From the IMG/VR virus record IMGVR_UViG_2974594041_000001, positions 4,449 through 68,448 of that record: a stretch of 64,000 nucleotides of DNA; one strand, 5' to 3'. Position numbers and translations under genes: made by a program. Below the pieces are notes generated by a model. The model did no database searches, had not been told where the DNA came from, and worked only from the letters and a program-made list of their open reading frames with translations. Origin of the DNA: a virus. This document shows positions 11,099 through 21,575 of this stretch, in pieces. Position 1 is the stretch's first letter. Every line of letters begins with the position of its first letter.

Positions 11099-11560
11099 TT
11101 ACACCGCGTTCTTCTTGAGGTAGGAGTCCACCGACTCATAAGCGCTGGAGTTTGACGCTACCCGGGCACGTTGACGATCTTCCAACTCAGTGTTGATCGA
11201 CTTGCGTTGCGCGTTGAAGTTAAGGTCGAACTGGCGTACCGATTCCTTGAACTGGTTTTCAGCCAACTTGGTAGCCTTATTACCCTGGAGTGCACCAAAT
11301 ACAGCTTGGCCTGCGCCCAGGGCAACAGGTGCCCAACCGCCCGTGGTGATACCGGTGTTTGGATCGGTACCACCGAACAGGCTTTGACGGCTGAACAAAC
11401 CAGGGGAGGCAGCAGGTGCGCCGCCAATCACGTTACCCATTTGGGTACCGAAACTGGATTGCTGGCCACCGAACAGGTTGCCAAACAGGCTGCCCCCGTT
11501 ACCGCTCCCGAGAATCTTGCTGAAGTCAAAGTTGAAGGGCAAAAAGCTATTATCAGCCAT
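11099..11560 (-). CDS. Small internal virion/ejection protein (N4 gp52-like)
   Basis: 153 aa, Gly-rich N-terminus, Cys-free, C-terminal 'RQFDLNFNAQRK..N..LEDRQRARVAS' segment; synteny. Confidence 0.7.
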   Translation of the reverse strand: MADNSFLPFNFDFSKILGSGNGGSLFGNLFGGQQSSFGTQMGNVIGGAPAASPGLFSRQSLFGGTDPNTGITTGGWAPVALGAGQAVFGALQGNKATKLAENQFKESVRQFDLNFNAQRKSINTELEDRQRARVASNSSAYESVDSYLKKNAV

Positions 11561-13838
11561 TAATGAAAGTCTCCCGCGTTTGATTGAATGTAGGGAGCTG
11601 CGTTTGCACAGCCACGTAGTTTTCGGTCATGTCGAAGCTTAATGCGCCGATATTGCCCGCGTGCACAGTACGATTGTAGTAATCCCCAGGAGATTCCCCC
11701 AATACGAGCTGTGGTCCCATTTTTACCACATCGAATGCCTCAAGTCCCACGATTGAGGGAATAAGGCCCAACTCCTGCATCTTAGCAGCAAGTCCATCAT
11801 ATTGATCCTGTGCCCATTCAGAAAATGACACAGCATCGTCTACGATGTTTTGAATACCCGCTGCTATCTGTTCTTGGCTTACTGTGGCAGCTTCGCTTAC
11901 CAGAGCTGTACCTACCTGAACAAGATTCTGTGCCCAGGACGAAGACAGCTGCGTAGAGGCTGCTGTGCTATTGCCATACAGCACCGCTACGATAGCCACA
12001 ATCAGGGCAAACTTAGGGCCGGCAACCTTCACAAACAGCTTCACAGCAAGCGAGACCATCACAGCTTGGACGATCAACGTGAGCACCGTGATAATCAACG
12101 CGGTCGCACCTAACGATGCTGCAGCGACGATAGACTGCCATGCGGTACCGCCTGAAAAGATGGTCACCACTACAGCGATAACCAACAGCACAATCTTGAA
12201 CGCGCTCGACGCATACCAAGGTGTTGTTGTTATCAGCACCGTGTTCACCACAAGGATCAGCGAGCGGCACAATAGTTGCTCGCGCGCAGGCACCGAAAGC
12301 GTTTTGACGATTTCAGAATCCAAGGGAATAAGTAGGTTGGTAGATTGTGCACCAGCCGCATAACCTTTCTTGCGGTGCACCTCATAGTTGGCCCGCAGCC
12401 CGTATACAATAATTTCTTCGTAAATCGTGTCAGTTACCTGGTATTGGTACACCCAACCAGGCTGATTTGAGATTGACGATCCAACTCCAGAACCTTCTGG
12501 CGTTTGTGTCAAAAAGCTTTGCTTATCCTGCGACATAATGCCGAAGTGCGAATTGTACGTACGAATCTTACCAATAGACCCAATTAAGCGACGTTTCGTA
12601 ATGCCGCTGAACTGCAGCGTCATTGCAAAGCGATTGTCTTGGATGCGCTGGTATTGCGAAGGGGATGACGTAAAGTTATCCATCCGCCCAGCTAAAGTAG
12701 GATCAAGCACAGATTGCGACTGCGCATTGGCGTGCAGAGCAGAAAAATGCTTAAACAAATACTCACGGCAGGCCTGGTTAGCGTTACCCGGTTTAACCGC
12801 CATCATCAGCAGGCTTTGTTCAACATCACCCAAGTTTGGGTCTTGCAGCACCCCATCGTGCAGAGTGTCGTAGTTAACCCCGATAGTGCTGCACCAATCA
12901 CGCATTTGCTTGATAGTTTCACGGGTCTCCACAAAAGTGACATCTTCACCCTGTAGGCGGAAGTAAACCCAAGGGAAGTAAGTACCCAGGGTGCTATCTT
13001 CCATAGCGTAAGCCAGGTCAATAGAAGGGTAAGTACCGCTGTTGTGCAGGTACGTGAAGAACCCGGTACGCCCTGTTGTGTCCACATAGCGACACATATG
13101 GTAGTCAGCGATGTTCTCAAACGCAGCCATGGACACAGTCATACCCCGTTGCACAAATGCACCGGAATCGTCCTGAAACTCGTATTCGATGGTGACGTAA
13201 TCTTCAGTGGCTACATCACTGACTTCAAATGCAGGTTGTTCAGCGTATTGCCCGATACCTGAGAGGACATTAAATGGGGCCGACGGGCGATACCCGGAAC
13301 GCGGGGAAGGTCCTAATTGGGCAAGCATACCCAGGTCATTGGTTTCCACCATCCAGTCATAGTCCGCACGCAGATACGTAGCGATGATATCTGTGAGGTA
13401 GCAGGGGAATCCCACTTGCGCGGACACCAGAGTCAGCTCATTGGTTTGCGCGTTGTAGCCAAGGGCGTCGTAGCAGTGTTGCCAACCAAAGTGCATAGAG
13501 TTGAGCGGACCCATGTAGTAGTACTCAGGGGTGATCGCTCGGCCGATGTTTGCGGAAATTGCTGCAACAACCTGGTCTTTTGCCTGGATGTAGGTAGCTA
13601 CCTGAGCTTTCGGAATACCTACGTTATAAGGCTTGGCCTTCGTGTTGAAAATGCCCGTCATAGCACGAATACCGATAGAACCAACAAGCTCGTCGAGCAT
13701 TGTGGGCACAATATCGGTTTCCTGCAGCACACCCTTGATAATGCCATTGAGTGCACTAGTAGGGATCTGTCCTTCTTCAAATACCGGCTGCGTCGTAACG
13801 TTCACCGTATATTTTTTCTTGTCGCTGAATAGCCCCAT
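11553..13838 (-). CDS. Virion structural protein (N4 gp53-like)
   Basis: ATG at 13838 with GGAG RBS (MGLFSDKKK...); about 761 aa with a hydrophobic C-terminal region; synteny. Confidence 0.7.
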   Translation of the reverse strand: MGLFSDKKKYTVNVTTQPVFEEGQIPTSALNGIIKGVLQETDIVPTMLDELVGSIGIRAMTGIFNTKAKPYNVGIPKAQVATYIQAKDQVVAAISANIGRAITPEYYYMGPLNSMHFGWQHCYDALGYNAQTNELTLVSAQVGFPCYLTDIIATYLRADYDWMVETNDLGMLAQLGPSPRSGYRPSAPFNVLSGIGQYAEQPAFEVSDVATEDYVTIEYEFQDDSGAFVQRGMTVSMAAFENIADYHMCRYVDTTGRTGFFTYLHNSGTYPSIDLAYAMEDSTLGTYFPWVYFRLQGEDVTFVETRETIKQMRDWCSTIGVNYDTLHDGVLQDPNLGDVEQSLLMMAVKPGNANQACREYLFKHFSALHANAQSQSVLDPTLAGRMDNFTSSPSQYQRIQDNRFAMTLQFSGITKRRLIGSIGKIRTYNSHFGIMSQDKQSFLTQTPEGSGVGSSISNQPGWVYQYQVTDTIYEEIIVYGLRANYEVHRKKGYAAGAQSTNLLIPLDSEIVKTLSVPAREQLLCRSLILVVNTVLITTTPWYASSAFKIVLLVIAVVVTIFSGGTAWQSIVAAASLGATALIITVLTLIVQAVMVSLAVKLFVKVAGPKFALIVAIVAVLYGNSTAASTQLSSSWAQNLVQVGTALVSEAATVSQEQIAAGIQNIVDDAVSFSEWAQDQYDGLAAKMQELGLIPSIVGLEAFDVVKMGPQLVLGESPGDYYNRTVHAGNIGALSFDMTENYVAVQTQLPTFNQTRETFING

Positions 13839-13848
13839 TATTTTCTCC

Positions 13849-13875
13849 AAAAGAAAAGGGGAACCTAAGTTCCCC
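13849..13875 (-). terminator. Rho-independent terminator after gp54-like gene
   Basis: GGGGAAC-4 nt-GTTCCCC hairpin followed by TTTTCTTTT on the - strand. Confidence 0.75.
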
Positions 13876-13893
13876 TATCCTAACACGCTTGGT

Positions 13894-14610
13894 TTAAGCG
13901 TTGACGCCGCCAAGCAGCGCATTTACTGCACGGCCTACGTTGGCATCGTTCAGCTGGTTGACTACGTCGGCTACGGTACCAACGTCCGTGGTACGACGTA
14001 CGTTCCACGAGTCGATCATCAGCTTAGCAGCCTTCTGCTCTGCATCACGCTGGAAGCCATCAGCCTGTGCAGTGTACAGCGCAATCTGCTTACCGATTAC
14101 CGAGTTTGGCTCGATAGCGATAGCGGATGTCTGCGCTTTCTCGGTTGCAACCTTCTGGTTGACCAGGGAAGTTTGAGCGACCGTCTGCAGGTTCGTCGAC
14201 AGGGCGATGTCAAAGTTCGCCTTGAGTACGCACTCTTCAGCCTTGAGGTTCTCGACTTGCTGTACCTGGACCGCAGTTTGAGCTGCAATCAGGTCACGGG
14301 TCAGAATCTCACGCTCCAGCTCGGCTTCAGCCAGCTTGATCTGCGCTTCGGTCAATCGTACCTGGGCTTCGACCAACTGCGCCTTGTAGGCCGCTTCGTC
14401 CTTTTGAAGCAAGAAGACCACGGCATTTTGCAATACCGGGGTCAGCGCTGTCAGATAGACATTGGCGTAGTCCGCGCCCCGCAGGCGGTTCTCTTGGAAC
14501 TCCTGATTGAGGTGCGCGGACATTGCACGCATGAGCGTGTCGAAAGCACCAGAACCGTCAATCTTGGCTTCGGTAAGCGAAGCCAGTGTGATTGGATCTG
14601 GAGTTGCCAT
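13894..14610 (-). CDS. Virion structural protein (N4 gp54-like)
   Basis: 238 aa; 'G.GAFD.LM.A...HL.QEF..NR..G..YA.VY' N-terminus and coiled coil; synteny. Confidence 0.75.
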   Translation of the reverse strand: MATPDPITLASLTEAKIDGSGAFDTLMRAMSAHLNQEFQENRLRGADYANVYLTALTPVLQNAVVFLLQKDEAAYKAQLVEAQVRLTEAQIKLAEAELEREILTRDLIAAQTAVQVQQVENLKAEECVLKANFDIALSTNLQTVAQTSLVNQKVATEKAQTSAIAIEPNSVIGKQIALYTAQADGFQRDAEQKAAKLMIDSWNVRRTTDVGTVADVVNQLNDANVGRAVNALLGGVNA

Positions 14611-14612
14611 CG

Positions 14613-15311
14613 TTATTCACCAGTCCCTGCGGCCATGGCCTGACGTTGGCCCAGGTCTTTCAGTTCGCCCTTGGTCAGAGGCGGCAGCACGCGAATGTTG
14701 TAAGCCTTCACATTACGCGGGACTTTGACTTCGATACCGGCGCGACCAGTCTTCTCGCTGTCGAACACCAGGTATTCTTTTTCGAGCAGCATATCGTAGA
14801 GCACTTTCTCGATGTGCCAGTCACGGTTGAACGGTACGAAGCGCTGGATAGTACCGAAGTTGCGGTTCGATACGCAAAGCAGGTCACCCTTCAGGTTTTT
14901 CTTCGAAGGGTCCATGCAACTGACGTTCACACGTACCAGGGCCTGGGCTTCACGGCGCAGTCGGTTTTTGCGTTGGCCTTCGGTTTCGTTCTCCGGGGCT
15001 ACTGCTTCAGAGGCAACGGAAGCCAGGCTCGGCATCAACGACGGAGTCGGCGCAACCGGCGACTTGATTTCGTCGGTGTCGACAGTTTCGGTCGGAGCAG
15101 GCGCAGCAGTTTCAGGCACTACTGGTGTAGCTGCAGGAGTTGGGGCCGGCGCTGTAACGGTATCGGTCTTCTCACCGGAGACGGCAGCGTTTACCACCTC
15201 GCGCAACTTTTCAACGCCCCAGCGGCCGTCGATGGTGATGTTCAACTGAGCGGCCCGCTTCTGCAGGGATTCGAGTTCAGTTGGGGTTTGTACTTCAGTT
15301 TGTTCGGTCAT
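14613..15311 (-). CDS. Conserved protein (N4 gp55-like)
   Basis: ATG at 15311 with AGGAG RBS; Pro/Ala/Thr-rich linker; C-terminal 'LPPLT..EL..L.QRQAMA.G'. Confidence 0.75.
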   Translation of the reverse strand: MTEQTEVQTPTELESLQKRAAQLNITIDGRWGVEKLREVVNAAVSGEKTDTVTAPAPTPAATPVVPETAAPAPTETVDTDEIKSPVAPTPSLMPSLASVASEAVAPENETEGQRKNRLRREAQALVRVNVSCMDPSKKNLKGDLLCVSNRNFGTIQRFVPFNRDWHIEKVLYDMLLEKEYLVFDSEKTGRAGIEVKVPRNVKAYNIRVLPPLTKGELKDLGQRQAMAAGTGE

Positions 15312-15345
15312 TGCGTTTCTCCTGGAAACGTTGATGGTTGTACCC

Positions 15346-15367
15346 AAAAGGGGAGCCGAAGCTCCCC
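15346..15367 (-). terminator. Terminator after major capsid gene
   Basis: GGGGAGC-TTCG-GCTCCCC-TTTT on the - strand. Confidence 0.85.
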
Positions 15368-15386
15368 AAATGGTATTACTTTGCCC

Positions 15387-16577
15387 TTACAGGCGCGCTA
15401 CGGTTTTTATCAGACCGATACGCTCGGAACGCAGGGTCATGAAGCCGTAGTACCACTTGATGGCCATGAAGCCCATCTCACCGTACGGGTCCAGACGGTC
15501 GGCGGTTTCAACGCCTGGCATCTTCTTGATGATCTTGAACTTGGTCGACTGGCCGTCAGTTTGGAAACCGATGGTAGTGAACGAGCCTTGACCGATGCAG
15601 AGCATTGGGAACACGTCGTAGTTGGTGCCGTTGTCGTGGTTGGACGCATCGCCCGCCTCGATAGCCGCGCCAGCACCAGCCCACTTCAGCATTTCCGGCA
15701 CGATGATGATACGGAACTCATCGATCTGGCCGATTTCGCCGATCAGGGTTTCACCGCCGGCCGCGTACTTCTCGACAGAGATGAAGGCCGGATTGCCGTG
15801 CATGTCCTTCATCGCTTTCAGCGTCGGGATCAGCTCGGAGCCGCAGTGCAGCGGACGGGCACCCGGGATGGTACGGGTGTCGGTCAGGCGAGTACCGTTG
15901 ATCTGCGTGATCTGACGTGGAGTGCGGTTGTTGGTCAGCTGAATGCCCAGGCGCAGCAGGTCATCGTAGGTGACCAGGTCATCTTTACCGATGGTTGCAG
16001 TGCTGGTGGCATCACCGGCATAACGGATCACGCCAGCGGCGTTGAGAATGTCGATCTGCAGGGCAGCTTCGGACATCTGGTGCGCACCGGTCACCATTTC
16101 ACGGGTGATGTGCATGTCCAGCTCGGCGTCGCTGTCGAAGTCCAGGGATTCCTGGGTGAATTCGTCGTAGAAACCGAATTTTTCCAGGGTACCTTCCAGC
16201 TCGATACGGGTGAAACCAACGCGGTTAACGCGGCCACCGGTTTCGGTCAAGGCCGGCAGCTTGCCCGGGATCAGACCGATGTCTTTGCTGGAGCCGTACA
16301 GGTTGCCGTTGGCAATGGTGGCGCCGTTGGCGTCAATGCCCTGATCGTTGACGTTGCGGTCGTCGAGCAGAGGAATGTAGTGGAACTTGGTGATCTTTTT
16401 GCCCATGTTTTTGGGCATGGTGGTCACGTCGGCCAGTTGGGTGAAGAACTGCTCTTTACGCGCTTCGATCAACGCCTGCTTCTGGTGAAACTCCTCATAG
16501 GCCTGCGGGCCGATGCTGGAAGGAGTGCCAGGCGGGGCGTTGTACTTAGCCGGTTTATAGAGGTCTGGAGCTGCCAT
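15387..16577 (-). CDS. Major capsid protein (N4 gp56-like)
   Basis: 396 aa; '[31 protein letters not shown]', '[14 protein letters not shown]'; strong RBS GGAGG; strong codon bias. Confidence 0.95.
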   Translation of the reverse strand: MAAPDLYKPAKYNAPPGTPSSIGPQAYEEFHQKQALIEARKEQFFTQLADVTTMPKNMGKKITKFHYIPLLDDRNVNDQGIDANGATIANGNLYGSSKDIGLIPGKLPALTETGGRVNRVGFTRIELEGTLEKFGFYDEFTQESLDFDSDAELDMHITREMVTGAHQMSEAALQIDILNAAGVIRYAGDATSTATIGKDDLVTYDDLLRLGIQLTNNRTPRQITQINGTRLTDTRTIPGARPLHCGSELIPTLKAMKDMHGNPAFISVEKYAAGGETLIGEIGQIDEFRIIIVPEMLKWAGAGAAIEAGDASNHDNGTNYDVFPMLCIGQGSFTTIGFQTDGQSTKFKIIKKMPGVETADRLDPYGEMGFMAIKWYYGFMTLRSERIGLIKTVARL

Positions 16578-16592
16578 GTCGGAGGTATCCTT

Positions 16593-17738
16593 TTAACGTT
16601 TCAGGGTTTTCATGAAATCCTCGTCGCTCATAGCGAGAAACTTAGGATCTTTTACTTCTTCAGTTGCAGTCGTTACACCCTTCGACGGGGCAGCAGCGCG
16701 ACGGCGTTCTTCATCAGCTGGTTTAGCTGGAGAAGCTGGTTTGCCCGGAGTTACCAGTTTTTTCACTGGGCCCTTCGGAGCCGGGGCGTTAAAGGCACCA
16801 GCAGCGGCCATTTCTTGGCCAACCTGGTTGTACACTTGCATCAGCGGTACGCCTTTAAAGTTACCCAAAACTTGTTGGCGGTTCACTTCGTCCATGACTT
16901 TGTCATAAACGCCATTTTCCACCTGTTCGGTCAACTGTGCCAGCGACTGTGGGTGCTGACCAAGCAAAGCTTGCGATGCCTGGTCCCAACCCTTCATATC
17001 ACCGACAAGTCGCTCGAAATGTTCGTTACCGTTCAGATCAGCTACAACTTCTTCGATTGCCATAGTTGCTTCGGACGGTGCACGGGATTCCGAGCGGTAC
17101 GCTGCAACTTTGTCGTCGTCGAGGTCGTGTACATCAATCTTGCTATCTTTCAGCAACTTGCCGATAGCTTCCGGTTTTCCAGCCAACAAGTCAACCGCAA
17201 ACGACAACTTTTCGTGGTCAAGCATGCCGTTTTGTTCGAGAACGCGAACATATCCCAAGTTCTTCTTATCAGCGGCACGCTTCTGCGAATAGTTGGCGCC
17301 CATCTGGATAAGACGGATCGCTTCGTCAACAGTCTTCACCTGCATGTCGCGGCCGTTCGCACGGATAGTGCCGAAGATACGTTCGATACCTTCCGGCAAC
17401 TGAACAGCAGACTCAGCGGGTGTTGCAGCTTCTTTGGGTTTCGGCTCTACCGGGAGGCCATCAGCCCCAAGTTCTGGCTCGACTTCAGCATCTGCTGCAG
17501 CAAGGTCGAGAGCTGCTTGTTCTTCAGCAGTTGGGCTGCCTTCTTGCGGCGTTTCTGTTTCTTGCTCAACTTCTGCGGGCGTACCAGGGACAGCAGCAGG
17601 CTCAGTGACTTCTGCGGTGGCAGGTACTTCGGGAGTAGTTTCGACATGAGCTTCAGCCGCCGCTTGCACTTCGTGCAGTTTGGTTTGACCTGCGGACATA
17701 AAGTCCGCATCGGACATCGAGAGGAAATCACCGGACAT
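16593..17738 (-). CDS. N4 gp57-like protein (probable scaffold; often annotated 'tape measure')
   Basis: 381 aa, acidic and Pro/Ala-rich; lies between gp58 and capsid; terminal 'LAMSDEDF' repeats the N-terminal 'LSMSDADF'. Confidence 0.7.
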   Translation of the reverse strand: MSGDFLSMSDADFMSAGQTKLHEVQAAAEAHVETTPEVPATAEVTEPAAVPGTPAEVEQETETPQEGSPTAEEQAALDLAAADAEVEPELGADGLPVEPKPKEAATPAESAVQLPEGIERIFGTIRANGRDMQVKTVDEAIRLIQMGANYSQKRAADKKNLGYVRVLEQNGMLDHEKLSFAVDLLAGKPEAIGKLLKDSKIDVHDLDDDKVAAYRSESRAPSEATMAIEEVVADLNGNEHFERLVGDMKGWDQASQALLGQHPQSLAQLTEQVENGVYDKVMDEVNRQQVLGNFKGVPLMQVYNQVGQEMAAAGAFNAPAPKGPVKKLVTPGKPASPAKPADEERRRAAAPSKGVTTATEEVKDPKFLAMSDEDFMKTLKR

Positions 17739-17740
17739 GA

Positions 17741-18082
17741 TTAACCCTCCAGTTCTTCGCGCAGTTGAATTTCAAGCTCTTCTTCGTGGTCTTTCTTAGT
17801 ACGGGCAGCGACTTCGCCGGCCAGTCGTACCTTACGGAAGTAGGCGTTCAACTGTGCAACGGCAGACAGGTCACGCACGACGTTGGCCTGGCCTTGGGGA
17901 GTTTCACATGCAGGATCTGCGAGCATGAGGGTGAGACGGTGGGATTCCTTCTCCATGTAACCGGTCATGATCAGCGTGTTGAAATCGGGGTGTTGCAGAA
18001 GAGTTTCAAGGCAACGCGCCATTTCGATGCGTTCGTTGCACTGCTCGATGGTTACTTGAACTTCTTTAGTTGCATTGCCCAT
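17741..18082 (-). CDS. Conserved hypothetical protein (N4 gp58-like)
   Basis: 113 aa helical; synteny between portal and gp57. Confidence 0.7.
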   Translation of the reverse strand: MGNATKEVQVTIEQCNERIEMARCLETLLQHPDFNTLIMTGYMEKESHRLTLMLADPACETPQGQANVVRDLSAVAQLNAYFRKVRLAGEVAARTKKDHEEELEIQLREELEG

Positions 18083-18105
18083 TTGGGTTGCTCCAGGTTG
18101 TGTTG

Positions 18106-18129
18106 AAAGGGGACTTCGTTAGAAGTCCC
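18106..18129 (-). terminator. Probable terminator after portal
   Basis: GGGACTTC-4 nt-GAAGTCCC hairpin; short T tract. Confidence 0.55.
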
Positions 18130-18147
18130 GGATATTACCGTTTGTCG

Positions 18148-20301
18148 TTACAAAGCGCCAGGCTTATTCATCTGACTTGCTTCTTGTTGGCGAATTGCCG
18201 ACTGAACTGCCTGCAATCCTGCCTGACCTTGATGCTGCTTGTCCATAAGCTCTTTGTCACGCTCTTGTTTAACGCCCGACTCCTGTTCCAGGAAATCGAG
18301 GTTCGTTTTGTCAGCATTTGCATTCAATGCGTTTGCTTTAGCAACTTCGGTACCTTGTTTGACCTGATGCAGTGCAGCATTGCTGCCGTACTGTGCAGCT
18401 TTGGCCATCTCGGATGCGATCTGTGCTTCCAGCAACTTGATCTCCAATTGTGCCTTGGCTTGAGCGAGAGGGTCAGGTTGCGGCTGATAATCCTCAATAC
18501 GTTTGGCCAGGTCTGGCATTTTACGCAGGCGGGCGATATCCGACAGGATAATCGCAGTGACCTCCCATCCAGCGTTAGGGCCCACAGTCTGCAACATAAA
18601 CGACAACTCTTGAGCTTTGGCGTTGTCTTCTTCAGCAGTGCTGATACCCAAGCTGATATCGAAGTTACCTGCCAGGTCGTCGCGTCGGATATCTACAAAC
18701 GATTCGTTGGTAACCCGTATGACTTCCTTGTCTTCCAAGAACACTGCGTTCATGGCGATCAGCTTACGGCCGGCTTTGACTACACCGGAAGCCAGACGAC
18801 GAAGGATACCCAGCTCGCGCTTCGACGCAGCATCCAAAGCACCACGCACACCAGTAGCAGTATCACCCAACGAAGCTCCATTCAAACCAGCAGAGAAAGC
18901 CTGGACCCCCGTGATGGCCTCGGCCTGCCGGTTCTGAGACTCCAGCATTTGCCATGCCGACACAGGAATTTCCTGGAAGGTGTGCATATGGATAGCGGAC
19001 CGTGGATCGTTGCCTGGGTTGAACTCGTAGTTGCGGCCCTCATTGAATTTGCGGAGGTTGGGCGCATCTAGTGCGCCTTTGGCCATGCCGACTTGCCCGT
19101 TGGCAGACTTGGCGAACACGTCGATGATTCCGCGCTGCACAGCACCAACAGTTTTCTGGTTTTCGATTAAAAGCGAGCCGTCGCTTTCGCCATAAACCGA
19201 TTCATACACCGGAAGGTACGGAATGGCCACGAACGGCAGCTGCTCGTCGGGGAAGGGGTTCTTCTCCATGCGAATCAGCACATCGCCTACCCAAGTTGCA
19301 ACGAATGGCTGTACTTCACCGGAGCCGTCAAGATCACGGAAACCCCAGTACTCGTAAGCAATCATCTTGGTCCGCGCTTCATCCGCGAAGTTAAACGTTT
19401 TGTCCTTGGCGTTTACCGAGTAATCCGGCTCAGACAGAGGCTGGGCTTGGTCTTTAACGATCTTGTCCAGGTTCTTGTATCGGCCGTCCTTGCGCAGTTC
19501 AGACTTGCTCGTTTGAAACTTATGCACAATGAAGCCGGCGTTTTCGAGGATACCTTTGCAGGTAGGGTCGACAATGATGTTCTTGTGCGAAACCACCTCA
19601 ATAGAGGGGTGATTTTTAATCACATCCTCATGATCTTCTTCGATTGCGCCAACTTGTACGGGGGCGTACGGAATACCGTCAGTCTTGAAGGTTTCGTAGG
19701 CAAGGCGATAACCCTCGTCTACTTCGTAGTACTGAGACGGGGACTCCTGCTCAAGCTGGGCAATCTCCTGCATGATGTCCATGTATTCGCCGTTTGGCGT
19801 CAGCTCGTACTGTGGAACCATGCGTTTGACCTGCTTTACTTCACGCGTCCAGCCCGTCTTAAGGAACGCGACGCCGGTATCCACGGCACAACGCACCATC
19901 GTATCGATCAGGTGCTGCTTGTCGATGCGGGTATTAAGCTGGTTGTTCAGCAGAAGTCCGTTCTGAATAGCGGAACGGCGATCTTCCCAGGTCACCGGTT
20001 TCAATTCAAAGATGTCAGGCGATGACAGGAAAGGCTCAGACAACGAGGTATATCGCCACTCTGCTTGCTGCCGGATCAGCTTAGGCTGCGCCCGAGACTT
20101 GTTCTTGTCCGAGGGTGCGGCGCCTTTACCTTTCGTATGCAGAAAGTCCAACCAGAGATCAATCTGTTGAACTTGTGCGTTATGCGACACCATCGCGTTC
20201 TCTACGTCGAGCTTCAACTCACTTAACGTAGGTTCGTGCGACCAGTCGGTCAATTTATGCTGGGTCAACGTGACCAGCGGTTGTTGTTCATCTTGTGCCA
20301 T
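18148..20301 (-). CDS. Portal protein (N4 gp59-like)
   Basis: About 717 aa; 'PKLIRQQAEWRY..LSEPFLSS', 'DAASKRELGILRRLA'; GGGGA RBS 7 nt before ATG 20301. Confidence 0.92.
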   Translation of the reverse strand: MAQDEQQPLVTLTQHKLTDWSHEPTLSELKLDVENAMVSHNAQVQQIDLWLDFLHTKGKGAAPSDKNKSRAQPKLIRQQAEWRYTSLSEPFLSSPDIFELKPVTWEDRRSAIQNGLLLNNQLNTRIDKQHLIDTMVRCAVDTGVAFLKTGWTREVKQVKRMVPQYELTPNGEYMDIMQEIAQLEQESPSQYYEVDEGYRLAYETFKTDGIPYAPVQVGAIEEDHEDVIKNHPSIEVVSHKNIIVDPTCKGILENAGFIVHKFQTSKSELRKDGRYKNLDKIVKDQAQPLSEPDYSVNAKDKTFNFADEARTKMIAYEYWGFRDLDGSGEVQPFVATWVGDVLIRMEKNPFPDEQLPFVAIPYLPVYESVYGESDGSLLIENQKTVGAVQRGIIDVFAKSANGQVGMAKGALDAPNLRKFNEGRNYEFNPGNDPRSAIHMHTFQEIPVSAWQMLESQNRQAEAITGVQAFSAGLNGASLGDTATGVRGALDAASKRELGILRRLASGVVKAGRKLIAMNAVFLEDKEVIRVTNESFVDIRRDDLAGNFDISLGISTAEEDNAKAQELSFMLQTVGPNAGWEVTAIILSDIARLRKMPDLAKRIEDYQPQPDPLAQAKAQLEIKLLEAQIASEMAKAAQYGSNAALHQVKQGTEVAKANALNANADKTNLDFLEQESGVKQERDKELMDKQHQGQAGLQAVQSAIRQQEASQMNKPGAL

Positions 20302-20331
20302 GTGCACATCCCCTAAACCAGTAAAGAGAGC

Positions 20332-20871
20332 ATGTTAATGGAAATCATCAAAATTCACCCGGATTTAATCACCCCAGTTCGGGGAACTGACGGTGCCGCA
20401 GGCTATGACTTGTTCATGCCAGAAGCCGGCTACGTTTACTCCGGCTCGCACGACAAGACTACACTTGTGGGTCTTGGCTTCGCGGCCAAGGTGCCCGTTG
20501 GCTTCGTCGCCTTGATTCTGCCACGTTCCAGCTCTGGTGTGAAAGCCGGCCTGCACTTGGGGAATACCATCGGTGTGATCGACAGCGACTACGAAGGCGA
20601 GTGGAAAGTGAACATCCGCCAGCACGACAATGACAATGTCGAGTGGGGCGCAGGTGACCGCCTGTTCCAGTTTGTTGTGGTACCCGTTGGCACGCCTACG
20701 CTGGTGTTTGTTGACGAGTTCAGCACAACCAGCAAACGGGGCATTGGTGGTTTTGGCAGCACCAATGAAGCCCCACTCGTAGACTTTGTTTTGCAGGATG
20801 ACAATGGAATAGTTCGTGCCCTGGGCAAAGGCATTCCTGCAGGGCAAGTACAAGTTATTCCTCACAAGTAA
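20332..20871 (+). CDS. dut: Trimeric dUTPase
   Basis: Motifs AGYDL, PRSS, GVIDSDYEGE, GDRLFQ and RGIGGFGST, plus a ~35 aa C-terminal extension. Confidence 0.95.
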   Translation: MLMEIIKIHPDLITPVRGTDGAAGYDLFMPEAGYVYSGSHDKTTLVGLGFAAKVPVGFVALILPRSSSGVKAGLHLGNTIGVIDSDYEGEWKVNIRQHDNDNVEWGAGDRLFQFVVVPVGTPTLVFVDEFSTTSKRGIGGFGSTNEAPLVDFVLQDDNGIVRALGKGIPAGQVQVIPHK

Positions 20872-20893
20872 AGAAAAGGGGCCATTTGGCCCC
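20870..20893 (-). terminator. Terminator between convergent gp67 and dut
   Basis: GGGGCC-4 nt-GGCCCC hairpin; TTTTCTTT on the - strand. Confidence 0.7.
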
Positions 20894-20902
20894 GAATCTC
20901 TG

Positions 20903-21568
20903 TTATGCCCACCCGCCTTGGCGGAATTGGTTGGAATCGACCACACTTTCGAGGTCCATTCCCGCTTCCTCCAGGCGGTTGCACTCCGCGTTGAACAGCC
21001 CCAGGAATGCGTTGGTACGATAGGTACCGTCCTGCAAACCTACTGGGGTATGTAAACGGCTGGCCACATACAGGCACAACGCCCAAATGTACATCACCGG
21101 CAGATCAACTTCGATCATTTCCGGGTCAATATCACCGTAACAATCCCCAATTTTCTTTGGCAGCGCGCGGTACTGCACTGTCAAACGCCGCACCGGGTAC
21201 ACCGTACGCAAGTACTCAGGTACCTCCATTACCAAAGCGGAACGGAAGTTCACACCCTGGTTGTTAAAAGCGTTCACCGACAGCGGCCGGCCACACTCGT
21301 CCTTCACATCGTGGATCTGCATGAAGCGCCCACGAATCTGAGGGTCGAACTTGGTCAGGTCGTATACTCCCACGGCCTGGTCGATGGGTACTTCGACTTT
21401 ACCGATCTGGAACTTGAACCGGGTGTTCAAGTCGACCAAACCTTGGTTCATTACATCGACGATAGCCTGGTACTTCTCTGGCTTGATCTTCTTTGTGGTC
21501 TGGTCCACGCAGCTGAGTTGATTCAGCTCGGTGGTTTCCATTTGGCTAAAAACAGTTGAAAGACGCAT
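20903..21568 (-). CDS. Virion head-tail/adaptor protein (N4 gp67-like)
   Basis: 221 aa downstream of terminase; 'AL.LYVASR.H.PVG' C-terminal segment; synteny. Confidence 0.7.
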   Translation of the reverse strand: MRLSTVFSQMETTELNQLSCVDQTTKKIKPEKYQAIVDVMNQGLVDLNTRFKFQIGKVEVPIDQAVGVYDLTKFDPQIRGRFMQIHDVKDECGRPLSVNAFNNQGVNFRSALVMEVPEYLRTVYPVRRLTVQYRALPKKIGDCYGDIDPEMIEVDLPVMYIWALCLYVASRLHTPVGLQDGTYRTNAFLGLFNAECNRLEEAGMDLESVVDSNQFRQGGWA

Positions 21569-21575
21569 TGTTACC

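Noticed and set aside
16593-17738. Tape measure protein label
   Set aside because: A podovirus has no long tail tube; the acidic, Pro-rich composition and position before the capsid gene fit a scaffold better.
14592-17744. 1050-aa + strand ORF spanning three genes
   Set aside because: gp55, capsid and gp57 happen to share one frame, so their antisense shadows join; the translation has no protein-like motifs.
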